The notes: generated by a model not told the origin, from the sequence alone. A DNA stretch of 32,000 nucleotides from Candidatus Cloacimonas acidaminovorans str. Evry (GCF_000146065.2 NC_020449.1:1370654-1402653); one strand, 5' to 3'. Shown: positions 17,315 to 23,945, counted from the first letter of the stretch. A program made the numbers and translations.

Positions 17315-17949
17315 GCGGATTTATGACTACCTTCGGACTTTGGCTATCAGTATTCTTCACTTTAAGCATCTTCAGCTTTCTCTATAAGGATAATCCTTTC
17401 TATAAACTCTCCGAACAAATTTTCGTAGGTCTTTCCGCTGCCTACTGGTTGGTCTATTTATATTATAGCGTTATGGTTCCCAATCTGTTCAATAAACTCT
17501 TTACCGATTTTAAGGGAAACCTGATTTTGCTTATTCCTACCGCTTTGGGTTTGATGATGCTGCTGCGCTTAATTCCAAAAGCGCAATGGCTTAGCCGTTA
17601 TCCCATTGCAATTATGATTGGCACTTCTGCCGGCATTAATATGGTACGCTATGCTAAGACAGACCTTTTGGGACAAATCAGCGCTACAATGATCAATCCC
17701 TTTGCTTCCGATAATGTTATAACTGTAATCGGTAATATACTTTTGATTGTAGGAACCATCTGCGGTGTTTATTTCTTCTATTTCAGCAAAAAACAGGAAG
17801 GCATCAGAGCTGTTCCTTCCAAACTGGGAATCTGGTTTTTGATGATTAGTTTTGGCGCTTCTTTTGGCTATACGGTTATGGCTCGTATCTCTTTATTGAT
17901 AGGACGGCTGGAATTTTTGCTGAAGGATTGGCTGCACATCATTAAGTGA
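17311..17949 (+). CDS. Polytopic membrane protein of unknown function
   Basis: The 212-aa protein has about 6 hydrophobic helices and an ATGA overlap with the upstream gene. Confidence 0.6.
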   Translation: MSGFMTTFGLWLSVFFTLSIFSFLYKDNPFYKLSEQIFVGLSAAYWLVYLYYSVMVPNLFNKLFTDFKGNLILLIPTALGLMMLLRLIPKAQWLSRYPIAIMIGTSAGINMVRYAKTDLLGQISATMINPFASDNVITVIGNILLIVGTICGVYFFYFSKKQEGIRAVPSKLGIWFLMISFGASFGYTVMARISLLIGRLEFLLKDWLHIIK

Positions 17950-17958
17950 AGCAGTGAA

Positions 17959-18699
17959 ATGACCAAAAATAAAGATTCAGCAATGCTATTTAATGATGTT
18001 TTTAACAATGTTCTACCCTTCAGAAATCTGATAATGCGTCTAAGCAAAATCGCTAAAGTTATCCATCAACAAGGTTGGGCTGAAGCTAATGCCGGAAATA
18101 TTTCTATCCGTATATCCAATTTGCTGCTACCCTTTATCAGGACAAACAGTTGGGAAAATTCCTATCCATATCAGGATTGGTTCCTTGTTTCCAGAACTGG
18201 CAGCCGTTTTCGGGATTTTAGTGATGAACCGGAGAACTGTTTAATGATAATCGGTATTGATAAAGAAGAACATTACTTTCCTGATACTGCCAAACCTACT
18301 TCCGAATGGCTCTGTCACCGTAAACTGCAAGAAATGAATAAAAATACTAATGTATCTTGTCTTCTGCACACTCATCCCACGGAAGTTATCGCTCTTTCCC
18401 ATACCTCCGTTTTTCAGAATAATAAGCAATATCCCCAACGCCTGAATGAATACTTATTTGAGGCACTTCCGGAAATACAATTATTCCTTCCCCAAGGAAT
18501 TGCTGTGGCTGATTATGCTCCTCCCGGAACTTTAGAATTAGCAGAAAAAAGCTGTGAATCCATCCAAGATAAACAGGCACTTATCTGGGAAAAACATGGT
18601 CTCCTCGTTCTGGCTGAAAACATAGATATTGCCTTAGACCTTACCGAAGTAATCAATAAAGCTGCAAAACTGTGGCTGCTAAAAGGTCTGAAGAACTGA
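17959..18699 (+). CDS. Class II aldolase/adducin-family protein (rhamnulose-1-phosphate-aldolase-like)
   Basis: The 246-aa protein contains QGWAEANAGNISIRI (the GN-S-R motif) and LLHTHPTEVIALS (metal-binding His). It starts 9 nt after the preceding stop. Confidence 0.7.
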   Translation: MTKNKDSAMLFNDVFNNVLPFRNLIMRLSKIAKVIHQQGWAEANAGNISIRISNLLLPFIRTNSWENSYPYQDWFLVSRTGSRFRDFSDEPENCLMIIGIDKEEHYFPDTAKPTSEWLCHRKLQEMNKNTNVSCLLHTHPTEVIALSHTSVFQNNKQYPQRLNEYLFEALPEIQLFLPQGIAVADYAPPGTLELAEKSCESIQDKQALIWEKHGLLVLAENIDIALDLTEVINKAAKLWLLKGLKN

Positions 18700-18717
18700 A
18701 GTTAATGAAAAAGGAGA

Positions 18718-18985
18718 AAAAAATAGAACGCAGATAACTGGATCAACAGGATCAGCTGGATTTTGAGAATGACTAATAGAACACAGATAACTGGATCAAC
18801 TGGATCATCAGGATTTTATGCTTGTTATAGTGTAAAACATCTTGAATTAAAATCCCTTAAATCATGATAATCCTGTTCATCCCAGACCTATTGTATCTGC
18901 GTAATCTGCGTAATCTGCGTTATCTGCGTGCTCTTTATTTTACTCAGTGTCCTCAGTGTCCTAAGTGTCTTCAGTGGTTATTTTT
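18718..18985. repeat. Mosaic intergenic repeat region A: aatagaacRcagataactggatca... x2, a unique ~50-bp core, (atctgcgtN)x4, (ctcagtgtN)x4
   Basis: Short 8-10-nt tandem words are visible. The core plus ctgcgt array (18852-18941) is nearly identical to 23752-23832. Confidence 0.85.
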
Positions 18986-19007
18986 CTCTTTTGAATCTAT
19001 GAGAGTT

Positions 19008-19055
19008 AAAAAAAGAGTTTACTGCTTTTTGATTTAACTACTCAGCAATAAACTC
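19008..19055 (-). terminator. Rho-independent terminator ending the RT-TR transcript
   Basis: The stem pairs gagtttactgc (19015-19025) with gcaataaactc (19045-19055), 10 of 11 bp. On the minus strand it is followed by T7 (plus-strand A run 19008-19014). Confidence 0.6.
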
Positions 19056-19159
19056 ACTTTCTTTTTGTCTCTTTTAGAGAACTGGATGAAGCTCTGGATT
19101 TCCCTTTTTTACATTTACTTTGCGTACAGAGTAAATTCTGATTATTATAATGGAAGATA

Positions 19160-19283
19160 CTACAAACACGGAAGCCAATGTTGTTATTGCTGTTAGTAGC
19201 ACTATTGTTGTTCCGATTCGAAACAGTGCAATTGCTGGCATTGTTGTTCCAGCTGCCGCCACGTTTCACACGGTTGGTTCCGC
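19160..19283 (-). other. DGR template repeat (TR), encoding ...SGTNRVKRGGSWNNNASNCTVSNRNNNSATNSNNNIGFRVC in the target frame
   Basis: It aligns without gaps to 21406-21529 (offset 2246). The sequence is rich in AAC/AAT codons. The upstream boundary may extend to about 19290. It overlaps the last 18 nt plus the stop codon of the RT gene. Confidence 0.9.
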
Positions 19284-20297
19284 TTTATGAACTCCACCCC
19301 AAATTAACTTTTGTAAATAATATGTATTGGCAAAACTAATAAAACCAAGGCGACTTCTTGTGCTTTGATAAAGTTTCTCTATTTCAATTTTACCTCTAAT
19401 ATATTCTTTTTCCCTTTTTTGCATATTTTGTAAACACCTTTTCAAATTTATATTACTAACTCTTATCAATTTTGGAAAAACACGGTAACCTAAAAAAGGA
19501 ATACCTTGGTTAACTTTATTCATTTGTATTGACTTGTCTTTTATTTTCAATTTTAGGATATTAGATAAAAAATATTTTATTAAAAGAAGATCACTTTTAA
19601 GCTTATCTTTGTTCTCCGAAAATAGAATAAAATCATCCATATATCTTACATATCCCTTATATCCAAGATTTTGCTTAATATAATGATCAAGCTGATTAAG
19701 GTAAATATTGGCAAAAAATTGGGAAGTTAAATTACCCACTGGTAATCCAATTTCCTCATTATGATTCATACTTAGGTTCTGATTTTTAAGGATAATAGAA
19801 CATAGATTAATTATCATAGGATCTTTAATTTTACTAGATATTAATTTCAATAAAATATTATGATCTATGTTGTTAAAGAACTTCTCAATATCCAGTTTCA
19901 AAAACCAAGGGTACTGCCGGGAATATTTTTGAACTGCTAATACAGCTAAATGCAAACCCTTACCTTTACGAGTGGCATAAGAATCCTTAATAAAAATGCT
20001 TTCAAAATAAGGTTCTATAACATTTATTAGAGAATGATGCACTAATCTGTCTCTAAAAACAGCAACGCTAATCAAACGTTCCTTAGGTTCCTTAATAGTA
20101 AAGTATCTATAGGGTTGAGGACGATAGTTTCCATTAATTAATTCCTTTTGTAATTCCCATAAATTTTTCTCACAATAAAACATCCATTCTGCTGTTTCAT
20201 ACTTACTCTTTTTATGCTTACAAGCATTTTTATAAGCTAAATACAGATTCTGCCAGGAGGTTAATTTTTCCCAAAGATATCCAACCCGTTTAGGCAC
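19266..20297 (-). CDS. DGR reverse transcriptase
   Basis: The 343-aa protein has ISVAVFRDRLVHHSLINVIEP, LDIEKFFNNIDH and the DGR-typical LPVGNLTSQFFANIYLN. The catalytic motif is YVRYMDDFILF. It has no maturase/X or endonuclease domain, and its size is typical of DGR RTs. Confidence 0.93.
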   Translation of the reverse strand: MPKRVGYLWEKLTSWQNLYLAYKNACKHKKSKYETAEWMFYCEKNLWELQKELINGNYRPQPYRYFTIKEPKERLISVAVFRDRLVHHSLINVIEPYFESIFIKDSYATRKGKGLHLAVLAVQKYSRQYPWFLKLDIEKFFNNIDHNILLKLISSKIKDPMIINLCSIILKNQNLSMNHNEEIGLPVGNLTSQFFANIYLNQLDHYIKQNLGYKGYVRYMDDFILFSENKDKLKSDLLLIKYFLSNILKLKIKDKSIQMNKVNQGIPFLGYRVFPKLIRVSNINLKRCLQNMQKREKEYIRGKIEIEKLYQSTRSRLGFISFANTYYLQKLIWGGVHKAEPTV

Positions 20298-20622
20298 TTT
20301 TTAACCAACCCCCCACCATTTTACCACTTTCCAGTAATTCCTTGCTAATGTATTGATATTGATTTTCAGCTAATAATTTCATCTTATAAGCCATCTGGAT
20401 TAATGTTCTTAATACATCCAACTTTATGTTTATCTTTATCAAATATTCCCTTTTTGACGAACTGTAAATCGTTTGAACAATTAATTCCAATATCTCTAAA
20501 CAAAGGTTGTCCATTTTTTGAGCTAATGAATATCTCAAATTTTTCGGAAATCTTTCCGTTCTCCCAAATATCCAGATAGATATATCCATCCATTTTATAT
20601 ATAAAGGATAGTCATTTTTCAA
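20290..20622 (-). CDS. avd: Avd (accessory variability determinant), four-helix-bundle protein
   Basis: The 110-aa protein contains YPLYIKWMDISIWIFGRTERFPKNLRYSLAQKMDNLCLEILELIV, matching the Avd / 23S-rRNA-IVS four-helix-bundle family pattern. It overlaps the RT start by 8 nt. Confidence 0.85.
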   Translation of the reverse strand: MKNDYPLYIKWMDISIWIFGRTERFPKNLRYSLAQKMDNLCLEILELIVQTIYSSSKREYLIKINIKLDVLRTLIQMAYKMKLLAENQYQYISKELLESGKMVGGWLKSA

Positions 20623-21052
20623 TTTCTAATACCGCCTCTTGTAATAATTTGATTATCTGTTCCCCATACTTTTCCGCTTTACTCTTCATCCCTTTTATAG
20701 AAGAAAAATCACTAATAGTTTTGGGTTGTTTTTTCACAATCTCATAAATCTGGGAATTATACATAATAATATAAGCAGGAAAGCCCTCATTGGCAGCTAA
20801 TTCATTACGCCAATCCCTTAATTTTTCATATTGAGCTTGTTCCAATTCACTTAAACTTTCCATATCAGGTATAAAATGACTCCCCTTTCTTGGTAAATAC
20901 TCTATAAAAAAAGAATAATAGATATTCCCTTCGTTATTGATAAATTCTTTTTCTACGCGAATTATATTATTATTCTGACAAAATTGATTGAATCCCTGAT
21001 CTTCAAAAACTCCTTTGTCTCTGTCAAATCTTACTAACATCAATTTAAACAT
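20612..21052 (-). CDS. HRDC-domain DGR accessory protein
   Basis: In the 146-aa protein, the C-terminal ~75 aa (QYEKLRDWRNELAANEGFPAYIIMYNSQIYEIVKKQPKTISDFSSIKGMKSKAEKYGEQII) fit the HRDC helical pattern. It overlaps the avd start by 11 nt. Confidence 0.7.
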   Translation of the reverse strand: MFKLMLVRFDRDKGVFEDQGFNQFCQNNNIIRVEKEFINNEGNIYYSFFIEYLPRKGSHFIPDMESLSELEQAQYEKLRDWRNELAANEGFPAYIIMYNSQIYEIVKKQPKTISDFSSIKGMKSKAEKYGEQIIKLLQEAVLEIEK

Positions 21053-21270
21053 TTATACTTAATCTCTTCTTTGCAACTTTCACCTACAAATTCTATTTTT
21101 TGGTTAAAGCTACTTCTAATATAGTTTCCATATTGAAACTGCAGTTATTTTAGTAAAACTATTATGGATTCCTGCTTTCTTATGAATGATAAAGTGCTTT
21201 TCAATCTTAAAATGATATAAATAAGCATCTTATTATTAACTTTTCTATGTTATCAGGATATGTTTTCATT

Positions 21271-21308
21271 TGAAAAAAAAATTTCAGCAGGGGGATATAT
21301 CCCCCTGC
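21271..21308 (-). terminator. Rho-independent terminator of the target-gene transcript, a GC-rich palindromic hairpin
   Basis: gcagggggatatatccccctgc (21287-21308) forms a 9-bp stem with a tata loop. On the minus strand it is followed by tgaaa and then T9 (plus-strand A run 21273-21281). It lies about 100 nt downstream of the VR. Confidence 0.75.
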
Positions 21309-21405
21309 ACCCCCTATCAATTCTTCTCTTCTTAATTCTTTCATTTTGGTTCTTACTTGGCAAAAGGCAAAAAGGTAAAAAAGCAAAAATCAATCAAGGG
21401 AAACC

Positions 21406-21529
21406 CTACAAACACGGAAGCCAAAGTCGTTACTGCTGTAAGTAGCACTATCGTAGTTGCGAACCGAAACAGTGCAATTGCTGGCATTGTAGTACCAGCT
21501 GCCGCCACGTCACACACGGCCGGCCCCGC
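21406..21529 (-). other. DGR variable repeat (VR), encoding ...SGAGRV*RGGSWYYNASNCTVSVRNYDSATYSSNDFGFRVC
   Basis: It differs from the TR at 17 of 124 positions. Sixteen are at TR coding-strand A and one is a synonymous CGG to CGC change. It contains an in-frame TGA at 21510-21512. Confidence 0.9.
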
Positions 21530-22478
21530 TTGTTGATCCGGTTGGATTGGTTTGAGGTCCTGAAGGATAACTTCCATAAATATCCCAACAACATTCCCAA
21601 ACATTTCCACTCATATCAAAAATTTGTAACTCATTAGCTTGTTTACCCCCTACAGGATGAGTAGTGCTACCGGAATTGCCGGTATACCAGGCAACATCTC
21701 CTACAGTATTACTCCCGCTATAGGTATAATTATGAGTTGAGTTTCCACCCCGGGCAGCAAACATCCATTCCATTTCAGTTGGTAAACGATAGCCATTAGC
21801 AGTCCAGTTACAACTGACATTAGTATGATTTTCACTATTTGTATTCCAGCCGGAGGGCCAGTTACTGGGATTGGTGCCATAATTTTGATAACTGTAACAG
21901 GGAGTAAGATTTTCCTGCATACTTCTCCGGTTACAATATTCAATGGCATTGAACCAAGTTACTCTCTCCACAGGCCTACTAAGATCACCGGTAAAATTAG
22001 AGGGATTTGTTCCCATTACTGCTTGATATTCACCTTGAGTAATTTCATTTTTATCAAGATAAAATGTGCTAATGGTTACATCTGAAGTGCCGTTATTAAA
22101 GGTTCCTCCTGTTACTGTAATAAACCCTACCGGTTGAGTGCTTGGAGAGGGATTATCGCGGGCAATTAATTTAATCTTGTAATTAGTGCCGGTACTCATT
22201 CCATCTTGTACTGGATACCAGGTTATCTGTTTTCCTGTTCCTGCACTAACACTATTACCAATAGCACCTGAGGTATGAGTTGGTGAAAATGTGTAGCTTA
22301 AGCCACCATTATTGGAAACCAACATAATCACTTGGCAGTTTTCATCAGCAGAAAGATCATAAGAAATAGTAACATATCCTGTATGAGTTGTTACGGATAC
22401 ATTACTAACAGTTGGAGCCGCGGAAAAAAGTATTCCCCAGAAAAATACGGCTAAAATAGTAATCAGAATTTGTTTCAT
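21510..22478 (-). CDS. DGR target: secreted FGE-sulfatase / C-type-lectin-fold protein, as sequenced truncated by a TGA inside the VR (the frame continues to a second stop at 21390-21392)
   Basis: The 322-aa protein has a signal peptide MKQILITILAVFFWGILFSA, an Ig-like domain and FGE-family motifs (VTGGTFNNG, PVERVTWFNAIEYCN, YRLPTEMEWMFAARGG). Past the TGA the same frame reads RGGSW...GFRVCRVSLD for 39 more codons. Confidence 0.85.
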   Translation of the reverse strand: MKQILITILAVFFWGILFSAAPTVSNVSVTTHTGYVTISYDLSADENCQVIMLVSNNGGLSYTFSPTHTSGAIGNSVSAGTGKQITWYPVQDGMSTGTNYKIKLIARDNPSPSTQPVGFITVTGGTFNNGTSDVTISTFYLDKNEITQGEYQAVMGTNPSNFTGDLSRPVERVTWFNAIEYCNRRSMQENLTPCYSYQNYGTNPSNWPSGWNTNSENHTNVSCNWTANGYRLPTEMEWMFAARGGNSTHNYTYSGSNTVGDVAWYTGNSGSTTHPVGGKQANELQIFDMSGNVWECCWDIYGSYPSGPQTNPTGSTSGAGRV

Positions 22479-22489
22479 TTTTGTTCTCC

Positions 22490-23323
22490 TTATTTCATTA
22501 GTATCATTTTGGCGATATAGTTTGTTTTGTTAGTTGTTAAGCGGAAAAAGTAAAGTCCACTGGTGCAAGTAATGCCATTTTGATTTTTCCCGTCCCAAAA
22601 GTATTTGTAACGACCTGCTGATTGGTTAGGGATTACTTTATTCCACACAATCTGACCTTTCAGATTAAATATTTCCAGTATCGCCTTACTTTCTTCGGCA
22701 AGAGAATAACTTAGCCAGGTGCCAGGATTAAAAGGATTAGGATAAATACTGTCAATCCCTGTTATCAGAGGAATTTCATCATTTCCTTCCGGTATAATAA
22801 CATTGACGCTAATGGGTCCCTTAAACTGAGAAACACTATTAATATCAATCATTTCCAGCCAGTAATAGTAAATACCGGGACTATAGATTTCTGCATCTAC
22901 ATAAACATAGACCTGCATTTGAGAGGTATTGGTAGCATTAATCAAGATATTTAACATCTGAGCTTGAGACAATTCTTCATTGGTTGACCTATAAATACGA
23001 TAACCATATAAATTGGTCTCGGATTGAGTAGCCCACATTAAACGGACACTACTCCCTCCACTTTGCTCAGCTATAAAACTGGATAGCTCTACCGGAAGTG
23101 TCTCATCTGTAATCGCAAATTCATTTGATTCCCCGCTTCCACTAAGATGTTGACAGGGTATCCCAGTAATTGAAACTACACTTGATTCGCCTAAACCGGA
23201 TAAATGCTGACAGGGTATTCCAGTAATTGAAACTACACTTGATTCACCATAGCCGGTAAGAGCAAAGATACTTCCGCTAATAAGCAAGATTATAAGGAAG
23301 ATACTTTCTTTTTTCATAGCCAT
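22490..23323 (-). CDS. Secreted protein with a T9SS-type (Por_Secre_tail / FlgD-Ig-like) C-terminal sorting domain
   Basis: The 277-aa protein has a signal peptide and the C-terminus IYPNPFNPGTWLSYSL...LEIFNLKGQIV...YFWDGKNQNG...SGLYFFRL. It ends 11 nt upstream of the DGR target gene, so the two are probably co-transcribed. Confidence 0.75.
   Translation of the reverse strand: MAMKKESIFLIILLISGSIFALTGYGESSVVSITGIPCQHLSGLGESSVVSITGIPCQHLSGSGESNEFAITDETLPVELSSFIAEQSGGSSVRLMWATQSETNLYGYRIYRSTNEELSQAQMLNILINATNTSQMQVYVYVDAEIYSPGIYYYWLEMIDINSVSQFKGPISVNVIIPEGNDEIPLITGIDSIYPNPFNPGTWLSYSLAEESKAILEIFNLKGQIVWNKVIPNQSAGRYKYFWDGKNQNGITCTSGLYFFRLTTNKTNYIAKMILMK
23151..23264. repeat. 57-bp in-frame tandem duplication inside the T9SS-domain gene (19-aa unit GESSVVSITGIPCQHLSGx)
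   Basis: tgacagggtatYccagtaattgaaactacacttgattc occurs at 23151 and at 23208. Confidence 0.85.
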
Positions 23324-23380
23324 CTCCTTTAAAGGTTTTTTTACATTCTTTTTTTATACTTCATCTAAGTATCAATGCAA

Positions 23381-23408
23381 AAAATAATCAATCCCTATTC
23401 TTTGTCAA
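23381..23408 (-). promoter_or_regulatory. Candidate sigma70-like promoter for the T9SS-protein / DGR-target transcript
   Basis: The minus strand reads TTGACA (23403-23408), a 16-nt spacer, then TATTTT (23381-23386), about 55 nt upstream of the ATG. Confidence 0.35.
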
Positions 23409-23440
23409 GTGCTAATATATTATTTTTATTATTGACCTCG

Positions 23441-23452
23441 CCCCCCCCCCCC
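23441..23452. repeat. Homopolymeric C12 (G12 on the minus strand) tract
   Basis: Twelve consecutive C were read directly, in an otherwise AT-rich intergenic region. It is flanked by TTGACC (23432-23437) and TATAAC (23458-23463). Confidence 0.95.
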
Positions 23453-23570
23453 GAAATTATAACAAATAGTTGTATATCTCATATTTATTCAAGAAGTTAC
23501 TAATGTTGATAAATTTCCACAATACCCTAAAAAATATTTTTTCTACCAAAGAGAAAAGCGGAAAAAGAGA

Positions 23571-23870
23571 AAAAATAGAACACAGATAACTGGATCAGCT
23601 GGATTTTATATTATATAAGAATAATTATAAGTAAAAATCTGCGTTATCTGCGTTATCTGCGTGCTCTTATTTTTCTCGGTGTTCTCGGTGTACTCAGTGT
23701 CTTCTGTGTTCTCGGTGTAAAAAATAAAATCTGGATGAACTAAAATCTTTTATCCCTTAAATCCTGATAATCCTGTTCATCCCAGACCTATTGTATCTGC
23801 GAAATCTGCGTTATCTGCGTGCTCTTATTTTTTATCCGTGTTCTTATTTAATCTGTGGAATCTGTGAGAG
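23571..23870. repeat. Mosaic intergenic repeat region B, with the same modules as region A
   Basis: aatagaacacagataactggatcagctggatttt is at 23574-23607. (atctgcgtt)n gctcttattttt occurs at 23637-23672 and again at 23795-23832. (ctcggtgtN)n is at 23674-23718. The core cccttaaatcctgataatcctgttcatcccagacctattgt is at 23754-23794. Confidence 0.85.
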
Positions 23871-23887
23871 GATAATCTTCATTGCAC

Positions 23888-23915
23888 TTGACAGAAAAGC
23901 ATACTATCATAATAT
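23888..23915 (+). promoter_or_regulatory. Candidate sigma70-like promoter of glnS
   Basis: TTGACA (23888-23893), a 16-nt spacer, then TAATAT (23910-23915), about 30 nt upstream of the ATG at 23946. Confidence 0.4.
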
Positions 23916-23945
23916 GACAAAATGATTATAAAGAAAGGATTGAAT

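Larger units (their letters stand above)
19008..22478 (-). mobile_element. Diversity-generating retroelement (DGR): target gene with VR, HRDC accessory, Avd, RT, TR
   Basis: See the component features. The TR/VR pair shows adenine-specific substitutions and sits beside a DGR-type RT and Avd. Confidence 0.92.

Noticed and set aside
18896-18930. atctgcgtN and similar arrays as iterons or DnaA-box clusters marking an origin
   Set aside because: The words do not match the TTATCCACA consensus. There is no dnaA or dnaN context and no adjacent AT-rich unwinding element beyond background. The same kind of arrays occurs at several unrelated intergenic sites.
19054-19269. Track ORFs 19054..19269 and 19074..19262 as protein-coding genes
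   Set aside because: They lie entirely in the DGR template repeat and its 3' tail. The N-rich frame simply mirrors the VR reading frame. They have no RBS and use non-ATG or internal starts.
19266-20297. RT as a group II intron maturase or a retron RT
   Set aside because: There is no X/maturase or endonuclease domain and no intron RNA domains flanking it. There is no msr/msd-like inverted repeat structure. The presence of Avd and a TR/VR pair with A-specific changes fits a DGR.
21510-21512. TGA recoding (genetic code 4 or 25, or selenocysteine) as an explanation for the in-frame stop in the VR
   Set aside because: TGA terminates several well-defined genes here at conserved protein ends with coupled downstream starts (15790, 16485, 17312 and the RT at 19266). 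No SECIS-like hairpin follows the codon. The TR has AAA at this site, so the stop arose by A-mutagenesis.
21353-21610. Track ORF 21353..21610 (85 aa) spanning the VR
   Set aside because: It is out of frame relative to the FGE-fold target. Its product is low-complexity (AAAGTTMPAIALF...) and corresponds to the equally spurious ORF in the TR.
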